Below, one piece after another: positions 13,567 through 28,500 of a DNA stretch of 64,000 nucleotides. Source of the DNA: Phoronis australis (taxonomy: Eukaryota; Animalia; Phoronida); NCBI GenBank assembly GCA_002633005.1, contig NMRA01000135.1:247115-311114 (forward strand), given 5' to 3'. Numbering within the stretch: position 1 is the stretch's first letter; every line of letters begins with the position of its first letter. The notes under the pieces are model-generated. The model worked only from the letters and a program-made list of their open reading frames with translations, did not search any database and was not told the origin of the DNA. The position numbers and the translations under genes are program-made.

Positions 13567-16500
13567 TCAAATACTTACACTGACGTTTATTCCTGGAGCA
13601 TCAAAACCAAATACTTTGGAGTAAAAGAAAAATTCGCCGTCAATAGTTTTCTTGATATTCTCTGCTTTCACAAAACCGTGTGCCTCGCCTGCAACAATGG
13701 ATTGTTGAAATGCAATTACGCCACGATTTAAGTAATTGCTGATAGCGGTTTTCAAAAACACTGCATTAAGGACAGTATCCGAAAGTTTCAAATGAACAGC
13801 CATTTCTGAGATATGGTGTTTCGAAATTAGTCGAATTTAGTCATTGTTAGAGGTGCGCGGTTTTCGCCGCAGGTTTTGTTATAGCTTTGTTTATCTATTC
13901 GAGTTCACAAGGAATAATTTAAATAGGTTACGAATCTCTTACAAAACTTTGGAATATGGAGACAAGTACACATCCCGAAACTTGTTAAATTATAGCGAAC
14001 TCGGCTTGTATTCAGGGGACAGTTTCATGAACAGTGCCTTAAGACAGAAAATTAAGTTGGTCTTGGGCTCACAATTGCTAAATAAAGGTTTAGCTATTTT
14101 AGTAATTACTAGGGTATTACAGTCTAGAAAAAAATTGTTAGAAATTGTCTTATCCCAGTAAGTGGCAGTTAGGTGTATGTTCAAAACGACTTTTTATTTT
14201 TGCTCAAATGAGATTTAATTATTATTCAGTTTATTTGGGGGCGTAAGATCAAATTTCTGTCCTGAGTCACTTTTCATGAAATGGGACCAAGGTGTGGTAT
14301 TTGCTTCAATCGGTACATCAGATGCGCAATTGGGGTTTGTCGTACACCGTGTGACCAACATCTGACAGAGGGTTAGTGGAGCCAAGGACTATAGTACATG
14401 GATCGTCAACTCCGTATACTTTCAATGGACGACTGTTCTCGTACAGAAGCAATGACGTCATATTCACTAGCGACATCTGGCTGGCTAAATTATCTGGTGT
14501 TACTTCCGGCAAGTACGTCGTCTGCTAATCTTGGTCAGCTGTTGTGTCACAAAACACTAACCGGAAACTGGGACAGATAATTTAGGAGAGAGGCACCTCC
14601 TCTAGAATATTACGCAAGAAAATGTCGGAGTTGCGAATCTGTTGCCTATAATCTATGATGGAGCAAGACCGATTCGAGTCTGAATGCGGACACATTTTCT
14701 GAGGCCCTCTGAGCGCACCTTTAGCTTGACCACACCTTTAATTTCGAATTGAAAGGGTGGTCTTCAAATTTCCTAATAGATCAATGCAAAACACATATTT
14801 CTAAATGACTGTTGAAGAAGTAGTGATCAGCCTTACCAGTCTTGACATTACTATCATATCCCTAGAGCACAAAGATGAATGGAAACAAAATTAGACTGAT
14901 AAGTGTATAAATTATTTGTATTCTTGGTAACTAACGGGAAAGTGAGAACGAGTCACGCGCATTCATGAGTTTTATTCTCGTTGAAACGGGATGCTTTTAG
15001 ACTGTCTGACCGAGTGTCTCTTGAAAAGTTTACGTTGTGACTACAGAAGATTTGGTTTAAACTGAACTGCCATGACTGTCTCATGACTGTGGAGTGACAC
15101 TTAATAGCTTTTTGTGGCATGATTGAATTTAGGTCCCCCAATTTCATTAGAAACTGGGCCTCCTGGGTTGGGATTAAGTTTTGTCCTGCATGTGAAGGCT
15201 ATTTTTGTTTGCAAAAAATCCGGTTGGTCGGAATCCACTGTCAGAGTTTTGGCAGTCGGAATGCACTGTGTCTTAGTTTGTAGAAGTTGCATGCAGATTG
15301 TGGCTTTTGGGTGAAAACTTGTGATTTGGTGTATTTGTGGTCGTTTTTGAAGTAGTAGTCTGTATTTGCGGAAAACTGATGTTTCAAAAGACTTTGCACA
15401 ATGTTTTTGAAGTCTCTGTTCCAGTATGCTGTTCATATTTTCAGATTCTGTACACCCTGTGGGACATTGTGTTGTTTACCTGAAAAGACCTGGTTTTTCA
15501 AACGCAAAATCAGCAAAAACTGTCGAATCCCGCCAAACCAGTTGGTTTAAAACGGAAACGGGTTGATTGTTAACCCATCGATATTGTGCATGCTTTTAAG
15601 TTCCAATTTACCTTTGAAAAGAACATAGGCTGTCGTTACATTGTGGGCTTTCAATGCCTTGAACATCATTTCTGCTTGATCCTTTGAAACCACCTGAAGT
15701 TTAAGACATGCACTTTAGTACAATTACGCATGATTACATGAACCTATACATGCAAGTATTCAATGTAAATTTGCAGATATATGTTTTGCGTACTGTTTTA
15801 CTTTTTTCTCTAAAACGTCAATGTTCTCGTTTGTTAAATGTGTGAGTCTATGATGTAGAATCACAAGACCATGGCAGTGAAAGAAATGAAATGAACTTCA
15901 GGCAAATAAGGTTTCATTTACCCGTGAAGTTTGTGTGACGCTGAACTTGAAAAGGTGAGTGCGAGGTTAAGTCCCAAATAATTTGCTAACCGCGTGATAA
16001 ATGTGTGTAAACCGACAAGCTGCCTGCTTTTTAAATATCTTCAAAACAGGAAAAGCATTAAATAAAGTTACAAATAACTATAAACACGTAACTTACGTTT
16101 CTATGGCGAAACAAATTGTAAGAAACTAAGTAAAGCCATTTTTGCTTCAAAAAGTCTTATTTTTCTGAATATCAGACGGACTGAAATGGACTTGTTCGAA
16201 AGGCCTGGGATAGAGTGCTGGATCCCATCCACTGGCGTGGTCACGGATGGGGCGGTGGGTTGACAACGGGACCATAGCCTCCCCTATTCATTACAAAAAA
16301 CAGGTTGCCACTCATTTCAGCATCTTGAGAACGTTGGTTACGCCAGTGATTGGGTCCTTTAAAAACACGAGGCGATGTGAGCTAGGCGACTATATACCAT
16401 ATTACTCACTGATACGAATACATAAGACCGAAATGAGGCGGATTGGTTGTCTACGTCAAATTTTCCGTTTCCCAAAACAACAACCGTTTCACAGCGAGGC

Positions 16501-19500
16501 TGAATGTGAAAAGTGTAAATAGCTATACACTTTTTGAATGATCTCACATTCATTGAAGGTCAAAAATATTGCATCACAGATAATAAATAACCATTTTTAC
16601 CTTATCTGCATCCCCTTGAAAGAAAATACATGGTGTTTTAATTTTGTCTAGATGATTTATTGGAGATCGTTGCTTGTACACGTTTTTCTTCTGTGGGTAA
16701 GGTCCGATCAGTTTATCCAAATACTTGCTCTCAAATTTATGGGTTTTCTTCACAAGCAACTCCAAGTCCGCCACACCTGACACACTAGCGGCTGAAGAAG
16801 ACAGGACAAATGCACATTTGGTGACATCTAGAACATGTACGTATTAAATACAAGTTCGTACGTTAGTAGACACCTCTTAACATGAAAAGAAATTTGGTCT
16901 TATGTTCTCACTTCACTATGTCCAAATAAAGGTTTAGTACTGTTATTAAACGCACTTAATTGCCTGGTAATAATTTGCACAAATTTTCCAAATAAGTAAC
17001 TCAATGATTCGCATAATTTTTAAAGTGTGAATTATATTCGTATTGAGTAATTCTTAGTTAGTCCAACAGAAAGGTATGAAGCCAATGGATGGTCACTGTT
17101 TGGTAACAAACCCCACAAGTCATGAGTAGCTGCATAGGACTACTTAGCGAAGACTAGATGGTTCCAATCTACTCTGGTTCATAATGGGCCATTAAAGGAC
17201 GTCACTGAGTAACTTAGCAACGTAAGTTGGCTCTTCCAACACCGGCACAGATTGATCACTGTCATTGTCTTTCACTTTCGTATTATGACTTTTATAGGAT
17301 ACTTAGAATAATGCATTGTTTACAAAATAATTGCAAAATAACAAACAAACGATGTTTTATGTAATCCTGAAGCCTTTTTAAGTGTGAGCGACAACTGTCA
17401 GGCAGTCAACTTACGTGATTTTTCCAAATAATGAAATCAGGAACCTGACTGTATTTTCGGCTTGCACGAAGCATACTGCACGTTGAAGGCTGGAACTAGG
17501 ATATCTCTGACTACTATGAGTATTACTCGCAGGTACATGCGTACCACTAACCGACTGCCTCGCCGAATACAAAAACTGCTTCGAATGAGAAGACACCAAT
17601 ACATGGAAGATTTGAAAAAAATACACGCATTACGAAAATGTAGCGAATTAAAGGCCAAATTTCAAAATGGCTTCCACACCTGCACTAAACACTTCCGGGT
17701 GAAAGGCAATAACACTGAGCGCCAGGTAACCACCGGCCGACTGGCCAGAGACTGTCAGCTTCTTCCGGTCAACTAGACCCTCGTCGGCAAGATGTAAGGC
17801 ACCGTAAGCCGCGTCTTCATTATCGGTAATACCCCAGCTGAAAATGCGTGGAAAGTTGAGCGTAGTCAGTTTATGCCATGTAAAATAAAATATGAACAAA
17901 TTCTTTGCCCTGGATACAGTCAATTACTCTTGTACGTCTATGGTGGCGCCCAATCAGACAATACTTTATTGACGTCTATGGTGGCGCATAATCAGACAAT
18001 AGTTATTTGGACTATACGATTTTATCATGGTGCTGAGTCACTGAGAGAGAACAAGAACGTGATTGCAGATACGATATACTGTCAAGGCGTTAACTCACAA
18101 GTTGTGACAAAACTGTTGTCTCAAAACAATGCTCGTTAAGGAAAACAACAATAATACGAAGAATACAATTGCATTTTTACTAACTGAAAACCACCGTCGT
18201 GCGATATTTAGGCCGGAGACAGCTGTCATGCTCGTGACAATTTCTTAAACAGTTCAAAAAGTCACCGAAAACACGGTTTGTCCTAGGCCGTTTGATATTG
18301 AGGGAAAGAGATAAAATTAAGTTGAAAATTGAGAAGGAATTGACAAAATTTCAAAAACGACAGCACTCATGTATGTTTTTTAGATTTGGACACTTCTTAC
18401 TTGTAGTAAAGTCTCTCCCTGTAGGGTCTTCCGTAACCGGTACTCCCCCTATAGTTGAGATCAAGTACTGCAAACCCTCGCGACGTGTAGAATTGCAACA
18501 TCAGTTTCATGCCTGGCGTCGTTTGACCGGTGGGTCCTCCGTGAGCCCGCACTAGTAGAGGAGGCAGAGTGTCTTCGGGCCCTTTGTAATCTTTTGACTG
18601 TCAACAATAAGTAGGTAAAGAAAACATGTCCTAACACAGGTACGCCGAGGATGTTACGAGAGAGGCGATCGACGTAACCTTTCTTTTCTAAGCGTAACAT
18701 AAGAACGATATTGAAATTCTAGTACAGCTTACATATTCACATAAACCATGTTGTCGTGTCCTGAAACAACTTCCCAGTCCCCAGGCATATTTACGCTTTC
18801 AAAACGGCATTGTTGCCCTGGGCCTGTCATAAATCAAAAGTGACACTGGTTTAACAATGATTCCCCCAAACCAAAGACAGTATCTCAAACTTTCGTGTCG
18901 GAGCTGAAACGTTCACACAGACACCAGTACCAAGTTGCATAAAACAAGCCCCAAATAGGGATTCGACTAAGTTCCGTAAATCTTTTGCCTATCTGTGTCT
19001 TTGTTTACTCACAGATGTTTATCTTCTCATCTTTATTATTAGTTACTCTCTAACCAATGAAATTTTCTAATAAAATAACTAAAAATTGAGCCTTGAATTC
19101 AATGAAAATAAATAGGGACTTAACCCTTAAGTTAGGGGCGTTGCATGAAAAGATCCCTACTTATTTTCGATAATATTGAGAATTCAACGTCAAGTTCACT
19201 TAGTACTGATGAAACTAAAACAGCATAAGAAAGGACAATTGGTGTTTCCACTAATCCACAGATACTCAGTAGATTTAGGGAACTTAGTTGAGTCCCTATT
19301 AGGGACTCTTTAATGCAACATGGCCCTCATGTGCAAACTACCGGTGTGATAAGATAACTATCCACGTAAGCAATAATAGTACTCTACCGCACAATTACAG
19401 ACACTGATCTTGAGTTCATACAAAAGTTTAATAGGAAAGGTCAAAAATAATTTCGAGTTCGGGTCCTGGTCATTATTGAGTCTGGTCTGAAGCGATAACA

Positions 19501-22500
19501 AACTGCCAGTTTTCCATGAGCCCCAAACTTCGTAAGGAGTAAGATGTGACCATTTCATAGCCGTTAGAGGCCTATTAAGTACGTATATCTTTGACAGAAT
19601 GGATATTGTTTTGAAGACAAGGCAGAAATTGTTTGAATGCGATAGTTCTGCGATCATAAAGATGGTAATTACTTTTCATATGGAACCATGTTACCACTGG
19701 CGGATTTAGGGGGCAAGGAGGCCATGCCCCCCCCTAAAATTCTCCCAGATTCCATTTGGCAGTTCGGGGGTACGAATGTCTGACGGGCAAACTCCTGGCT
19801 AATACTCTGCCCTGCCCCCCAACTCAAAATCGTGGATCTGCCCCTGGTTTCTGCAGTAACAGAAATTGAAAACATGAATATACACTAACTTATTTGTCAG
19901 CTAAAAAACCTCCTCGCTTGTTAAGTTGACAAATTATTGTCCAAAAGGCGCTGCAAGAAGCATTCAACATGGAGAGCAAAATGCGAAATTGTTGGAAACC
20001 TGGATAGGGCTAATGAGTGGTAACATGGGGCAAATTGAAATGAGCGGACATCATTTTCGATCGCGGGAGGATTTTTTACAATGAACAGAGGGACATGGTC
20101 CAGTTGTGCCCCCCGTGGCTACGACAGCCGGAGTTGCCCATGTCTGTTTGTTTTTACTTACTTGGGGACGATAATAATCAGCATAAGCCTTTTCATTTTC
20201 TCCAGTCTTGTAAGTTATTTCTTCAGGAAAGCTGATGTACTTTTCGTTGACGACTTTCCAGATGGAGGAAGAATTTCTCACCACTTCAACCTGAACGGAA
20301 ACATGTTTATCTATACCAGGAAATGACAAAAGTTCCCAGTCACACACAAATAAGTCAACGACAATGACAAAGTGGTTAAGATAAAAAGTAAAAATACAAG
20401 CCAAACTCAAGCGAAAATTTCATCGGGTGACTGCACAGCAAGGTTCCAGTCGTTGATCGGGGGTTGGGTGCGGATGCTGCAACGTAGGACTTTGACAACA
20501 GTACATGCTGTCCAAAGACATTTGCTTTGTAAATGGTTAAAATGGCAAAACAAATCTACACAGTGCCACCCACGGCAAAACTGACATGGGTTCCTACAAG
20601 TGTTACACTACCCCAGGAATTGGTGATTTGAAGGACAAAACAGATAGCGATCAGGCATGCCAAACCACTGAGGACCTGGGGATTTATGCAATTCGTGAGG
20701 ATGTAGGGTTCCAAACTGAAGGCCGAGGAATGTGGCGAACAGTGTCGTCGCCGAGATGGCGACCGAAAACATAATGTTAACGTAAAATTCCTCTCTCCAT
20801 CCTCCTTTTCAAATATTACTTTCGCCCCTAAACAAGCCAGTATTGTATTAATACAATGTACCTTTCCACTCCGTAGGTTCACTTTAATAACAGCAGTCAC
20901 TTTTCTTGGGTCCTTGGCAAGGCAGTAGACATTGTCTCCGTCACCGTATCGCACTACTTCATGATAGGCGTATCCAGAATGTATGGCCTTCGATGTTTTT
21001 GTGCGCGTGTCTAGAATCTCCAGTTTCTATGAAAATGTCAAAATCAACATCGAATGAACTTCTGAAAAAAATATTTTTCAGAAGAGCTGGGAGAACTGAA
21101 AATGTACCCTTGCCATTTCAAGAAATGGTTGATTTAAGAGAGATTTCGACGTTGTTTAGTGATTAATGTTGAACTTGAGGGTTTAAAACATTACCACACT
21201 CACTCGATCTTGAATATTTGCCGAATGAGCCGACACCTCAAGTGACAGGCAGTGAGTGCTCAGGGGCGGATCCAGGATTTTGAGTTGGGGGGCAGGGCAC
21301 AGGAATAACCAGAATTTCGCCTCATTCGCACGCCCAGCCTAAAATGTAGGGATGTAGGGAGTCTCGAATTTTGGGGTTTGTGGACCTTATTACTAAAAAA
21401 ACAAAACGGGGTTTCTTCAAGGCCTATGCATTGTGCATTCGCCCCCAGAGCCCCCTAGATGCGCGCATATGCTACTCAGCAATTCGTACCCCGGACTGCC
21501 AAATGGAATCTGGAAGAATTTTAGGGGGGCCATGGCCCCCTTGCCCCCCTCCCCCCTAAATCCGCCGATGGTACTTGCGCCATTTTAGAATTCACACTTT
21601 TAGCGTTGGCTAACTCCAAACATCTTTTAAACGTATTTTTGAGTGGCTAATGATTTTGATGTTCTTGTTGGCAACAGAAATCAAGTCCTATCATGTTAAC
21701 CAATACTAAGAGGCTGGTTTCATAAGCTTTTCATAGCTGAATATTCAGGAATTGCAGTTTAAAAAAGCATCACGTGCAGTTTTTTATGAAAATATCTTTT
21801 AGTTGCAAACTTATTACGTTACAATCAATCTATCGCGGCTAGAGATAGCATAGGAAAATTCACGTGGGTGATCGATATCCATTCAAAAGTAATCAAGGGC
21901 CGGGTTTTAATCTTTTTACTCGAAATGGAACTCGAAATTATGTTTGGCATTTTCCAGTCTACTTTTGTGCGAATTCAAGATACGCGTCTGTTATTCTATG
22001 TTCGAGTACCTAATGACCTACGTGGATAATTTTTTAGTCCTAGTTTGCAGTTGATAAACTCAACATTAAAGCTAGAAGTTCGAGTTTAAACTCAAAATTT
22101 CGAGTTTTTACTCGAGTTTGTAGCACGAATATAAAGGTTATTAGGTCAAAACATGGACTAGAAACTCATATGCGTAAACTATAATGTATTCGAGCACAGT
22201 CAAATAACCATTTATGTTGAGTTCGCACAAAAGTTCGTTTCGAGAACAAACATTAGATTCCAGGCCCAGGTTTCCAGGTAACCTATTTCATGAACAGTAA
22301 CTAATTAAAACTTTAGACATAAATGTAGTTCTGTACACTCCTACTTCACAGTTACTGAACAAAGGTTCAGCCAAGTGACTATGAGAGCATATTAACTGTT
22401 TGAAAATAATTGATAGACATTAAAAATAATTGGTAGATATTATCTCACCAGCAGCTGTGTCTATATGCTCTGAGATCGTAACCTATTTTAAACATGTGTA

Positions 22501-25500
22501 TGACACCGGTCTCCAGTATCAAGGGTGTAGGTGGTAGTTTTTACTTGTATTTTTATGATCTACAATTGCAGTACAGTGGCGGATCTAGGATATCACAANT
22601 CGAGCACAGTCAAATAACCATTTATGTTGAGTTCGCACAAAAGTTCGTTTCGAGAACAAACATTAGATTCCAGGCCCAGGTTTCCAGGTAACCTATTTCA
22701 TGAACAGTAACTAATTAAAACTTTAGACATAAATGTAGTTCTGTACACTCCTACTTCACTGTTACTGAACAAAGGTTCAGCCAAGTGACTATGAGAGCAT
22801 ATTAACTGTTTGAAAATAATTGATAGACATTAAAAATAATTGGTAGATATTATCTCACCAGCAGCTGTGTCTATATGCTCTGAGATCGTAACTTATTTTA
22901 AACATGTGTATGACACCGGTCTCCAGTATCAAGGGTGTAGGTGGTAGTTTTTACTTGTATTTTTATGATCTACAATTGCAGTACAGTGGCGGATCTAGGA
23001 TATCACAAAGGGGACCCAACACACCCAAACACTAAAACTACACACATTTAAATCTTGTTTCAGCCGTACAATTTTAATTACCGGACTTAATTAATAAACT
23101 CAACATTTCCCTACGCTCTTGCTGTTTTACTTTTTTGCTGCTGCCAAGGGGGGGGGCAAGGGCCCCCCTAAATTCGCCTATGCCGTATCTCTTCATCTTT
23201 CGTTCAATAATTTTGATTTTACTTTTACTTGTATTCTTACTTATTGGTTTTTAATTCATTCCTTATATATAAATAAAATTGTTTGAACAAAAGACGAAGA
23301 TAGATCATGAAAATGTTATTACTGCCGTGTACACCAAACATATATATAATTATACATGTATGCATCTTTCACTCCATCTGTTGCAACGTCTCACATGTTT
23401 ATTATTTTTGTTTAACAGTAATTATCATTTATTGGCGTATTTATCTATTTTGTACTGTATATTTCGTTCACTTGTTGTTATATGTATTTATTGTCCATAT
23501 TGCTTTAAGTCGGCTCTGTGGGAGATAAGCAAATTTTACTAAACAGGCTACTCACTAAAATGAGGATTTCCTTAATTAATAATGCAGTTATAAAACCATA
23601 TATATGTTCTGATTTGTCAGGTTGTCTTGATTCTAGTTATACTGCTAAATTTTGACAATAATTAGACAAAAAGTGGATTTGTAACAGCTTGATGTCATAC
23701 GTATACGTACCCCTTTGAACAACGTTGCGATGTGCCTCATTTCTTTCTCCATTGGATTAAAGTCGTAGCTCGTTTCTCCGAAAAGCCAAGGAGGGCCGCC
23801 AATTTCCTCATCTCTGCGATTTAAGTTCACGTGCTGTCCGTTACTTGTCACGTGATACAAATTCCACCAATCTGTGCGATCGCTAATGTAGGTGAGAGTG
23901 TTTTCCGGCGTCCATCTTGGCTGTATAATGCTGGTCATGGGTCCACCGGCCACCTGTATTTGCGAAAGAGTACAAACTAGCTGAATAGCACATAGGCTAA
24001 TTTAGTGGTAGTGGGGGGCCAGGGCTCCGTATTGCTGGTGCATGTATAGCATTTTAGTGGCGCCGTGAACTTTTTTCGCTCGAAAATGGTTTTGGGGCTC
24101 CAAATATGCCATTCTAGGTACATGTATTTGAGTGTACTTACTAGCAGGAAACAGCGAGCAGGTTAAATCCTATTAATATTTTACTTAACTTCAAACAGGA
24201 ACAGAGAGAAGGTCGAACAGACAAAACCAAAACATTCCAGTTCAGAAACTAAGTTTGAACAGTGACGAAACTGTTAACGCACTGAGACAAATTTAAATCA
24301 GGGAACATTTAGATTATTACCCTTTCTTTCGACCCAGGTACAATGGTCATACCAGTTTCACTTAGAGTGGCAGTCCACAACTCTGTTGAGTCCCACGGCT
24401 ATAAAGAAACATAATCGTAAACAATGCAACATAGTAAGAGACACTCCTGCACTTCATTAATTTCGCCGGTCTCCCAGGGTAACCCGGCGGTTCAGACATA
24501 TGATTGGTTCCCGATGATGATGTCCGGTTTGCCAACCAATCACTGGGTGTTTTAGCCGGTTGAACCCGCACAACCTGTGTGGTCAATCAAGTGCAGCCAA
24601 TGAATGTTAACCCTCATCAACAGATCCGTTGCCTGTTTAGGTTCACATTCTCATTGCAAGAAGTTATGAGACTGTCCTTTTCTTGGTTGTATGCATTGTA
24701 CTGACACAGAACTTTCCGAACTTTAGCACTGTTCTGGTTTGGATTGTTCACACTTTAATCGATTGTTATAAAATGTCACAGAAGAAACAGGTCACGACAG
24801 TACGTGCACGTGCAGGGTATAGACTCTATTCACGCGGCAGACATTAAAATCCAAAGCGAGGCTCACTGCGATAAACAAAGCGAAAGTAGACATTGCGTGA
24901 GTTAAATAGCCGGTCTTTCGAGTCCAACCTGGATATTGAATTCTAATAATGTGTCAACAATTAAACCACATAGACGTAGAAAATTACATTAGAGAACAAG
25001 TTAAGGCGTCAAAGAGTTGTCTGACGGAAAGGGTTTAATTTTTCTCGGAAAACTAGGTTCGAAACATGAAACGTAAATATGACCAAATAGCGGCGATCGT
25101 AGTGTTACGGATTAGGTATTATGCTGAATGCAGGGTTACTTTTTTCTTGTAAATTGTTGATCAAAATACTTTCTACGCGGACCAGGTCATCTGCTCGTAT
25201 TGTTGACGAGTTGAAGACATATTCGACAGTGGTGGCTGTCATGTGCAATTAGTCACATCTGGTTTAATTTGTTGATCAAGAATATTAAAATCAAGCATAG
25301 CCTGGTCCTATGCACTCCCTGGGACTAACAGTTGATTTGTCATTGATCTGAAAGAATAATTGATGTTATTAAATATATTTTTTATTAAAATAATAAACCA
25401 GACTCGTAATTGAAAATAAAAATTATTTGACCATCAATTCTGCTTTCTTGGTTGTAATAATTCTTACGTCTATTTCATGTGTTAGATTTCAAGTATCAAT

Positions 25501-28500
25501 TTGGACCAAGTTGAATTTTAAAATTAAAACACCTAATTCGTTCGTCCAAAACGTAACCTCGTTTTAGAACTCAATTTCAGTTAACTGGACAATGGAATCA
25601 TAGTTATCACTGTTTCTGCAGAAACCTCGTTCATCCGAGGGGAAAGGTGCTAGTGCCTACTGAGAGGCGAGTTTTTGGCCGAGTGAGGGCGGGAACAGTC
25701 TACCTCCCGATCACCATCAATAGCACGCCCGCGCTGTTGCAAGCTCTAATACATGTAGGCTCTGTCTCATTTTAAAGTAGCCTTTTGTGCTCTTAAAAAT
25801 TGTCACCCGTGTGGTTATAGGTTATGTGAACTCAGAGAGATTTTTCACTAGGGGAATTTTTGTGCCTCGTGGGGGGAATTTCGCGTGATATTTCAATATT
25901 TTTGAGAGGGGAATAGGACCGATATTGGGCCCTAAATTTGAGGGATTGAGGGCTCTGTCCTTTTTGGAAAGAAAAATTATAATGTTTCAACCCGTAGCAG
26001 GATTTTGAATTAGGGAGGGGGGGGCAGATGCGCGCACCCAGCCTAAAATCTGGGGAAGCAGGGGTCTTGAATTCTTGGGTTTGCTTACCTGTTGACTAAA
26101 AAAAAAAACGGTAAACGGGGTTCATTCAGCCTATGCGTTGTTTATTCACCCCCCAAGACCCCCTGGTTGCGCACGTGTTCTAGTCAGCAATTCGCACTCG
26201 AACTCAAAAATGGGATTTGATACAATTATAGGCCCCCCCAAATCCGTTGTCATGAAAATACAACCTGGCTGGCCCATTCTCCGGTCGTTACTAAGTACTA
26301 TGATGCTGGACAACTGACCGAGACGCGACAAAATATGATCTAACTTTTCGAAAACATTTATTTTACCGTCACGGACATATTTTGCTTCGTCGGCGTATGG
26401 CAACGACCCAACGCTTCCGAATCTAAACGTCTTTAGAGATTGTGAAGCGTGTCCGTATTTTTTCTAGCCGTTCGGGGAACAACACGGACTGAAACACAGA
26501 CTCCTATGCCGATAAGCTGACAGATCTATCGTAGCGAGCCTCGTTTTGGAACGCGCCTCCTGTCGGCGTGAATAGAGTCTATGGCAAAAGTGCCTGAAGT
26601 GACATTTTTGCAATGTAATTTAATCTCTCCATCACTGTTCTGGAGTCAGCGCAGTGTTGTAAAACTGTTCTTCTGTGCCGGGTTGCATGAAACAGTCCCA
26701 AACAGGGACTCAACTAAATTCCCTAAATATTTTGCCTATTTGTATCTTTGTTTAATTACAGATGTGGTCTTTTTCTTTCTAATCATCTTCATTATGAGCT
26801 GCTCTTTGACTGGTGACATTTTCTAACAGTATAACCAAACCTGAGCCTTGAATTCAATGGAAATAAATCGGGACATAGTCTCAACGTTAGGATTGTTGCA
26901 TGAAAAAATCCCTATACACTTTCGATGATATTGAGAATTCAACGTCGATTTCACTCTCGATTTCTATCAAAACCAAAAGTTGACTTAGTACTGAAACTAA
27001 AAACGCATAAGAAAGGACAAGCTGTGTTTTCACAAGTCCCCAAATACGCAGTAGGTTTAGGGAACTAAGTTGAGTCCCTATTTGGGACTGTTTCATGCAA
27101 CCGGGCACTTGTGCGGACTCGTATGATTGTTAAGCGTGGTTATCATAAAATGGTATTTCACTCGTTAAATATATTTATGTCANNNNNNNNNNNNNNNNNN
27201 NNNNNNNNNNNNNNNNNNNNNNNNNNNNNNNNNNNNNNNNNNNNNNNNNNNNNNNNNNNNNNNNNNNNNNNNNNNNNNNNNNNNNNNNNNNNNNNNNNNN
27301 NNNNNNNNNNNNNNNNNNNNNNNNNNNNNNNNNNNNNNNNNNNNNNNNNNNNNNGCGACAAAATATGATCTAACTTTTCGAAAACATTTATTTTACACGG
27401 ACATATTTTGCTTCGTCGGCGTATGGCAACGACCCAACGCTTCCGAATCTAAACGTCTTTAGAGATTGTGAAGCGTGTCCGTATTTTTTCTAGCCGTTCG
27501 GGGAACAACACGGACTGAAACACAGACTCCTATGCCGATAAGCTAACAGAGCTATCGTAGCGAGCCTCGTTTTGGAACGCGCCTCCTGTCGGCGTGAATA
27601 GGGTCTATAGATATTGACCATGAAACTTTTAGAACAATCTTCATTGCTCATATCTAACAATACATGACGCACAATAGTGAGTACTAGAGACCCGTTTTGA
27701 TAACGGGCGAGATGTAGTACTCAGTCATGGTCGTAACGAGTTATTGCAAACCCGACACAGACGACATTTTTTGTATATGAGCGAACGTTGCACCTAACGT
27801 TAAGTTGTGAATTTTCATATTCAGACTTGCGACTACCATTAGGAGCCACGTTAATTTGTGTTCTCGGAAGTGACGACCGTTTTAGCTAAGACTACACTCG
27901 CGACAATCAATAAGACGAGCTCTACGAGAAATCCTTGGAATTATTACAACTTCTTGAATGAAACTCAAATATTCCATGGTACCAGAAGAGAAGGTGCTCG
28001 GCTTACACGTACAAAAACGAGTCTGTTCGGATAGCGTGAAAACTCAAGTTTTCCTGCTTGTCAAATTAGGCGGTCGTTCATTTGAGATTCTTACCATGTC
28101 TGGAAGGTTCCATTGAATCCAACACATTTTCTTTCCATTTGGACTAACTCGGGGGTTGCTGTAGAAGTCCGCACCTTCAACCTGACCAAGAGAACAAGAA
28201 ATAGGCCTACATGAATGGGCAGCGGCTGAAGCAAGCGGAGTCAGGCGCTCTGAATGTTATCTCGAAACAATTTACACCAGAAATGTGTTGAAAACAGCCA
28301 TTCCGACATGGAATACTGTGCAGCTGTATACCGGTACGTGAATATTACTTCGAAAGCTCCGAAGAAATTTTTGGCCAAAAACAAAAGCAAATTAATTACT
28401 CACCAGTACTAGCTGTTGTTTTGTAGACGGGTCGACGACGACAATCGTGTTTTGTGGTTCTTTACTTTTGTTACGTCGGACGACAGAGTGGTCTTCGCGC

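Noticed and set aside
22190-23008. Recent tandem segmental duplication
   Set aside because: Centred on a single N like the other contig joins (35157, 36977); best explained as uncollapsed haplotype overlap.
24440-24480. PWETGEI as the peptidase exon after PDM
   Set aside because: No AG acceptor; the proper exon PWDSTELW is at 24321-24398.
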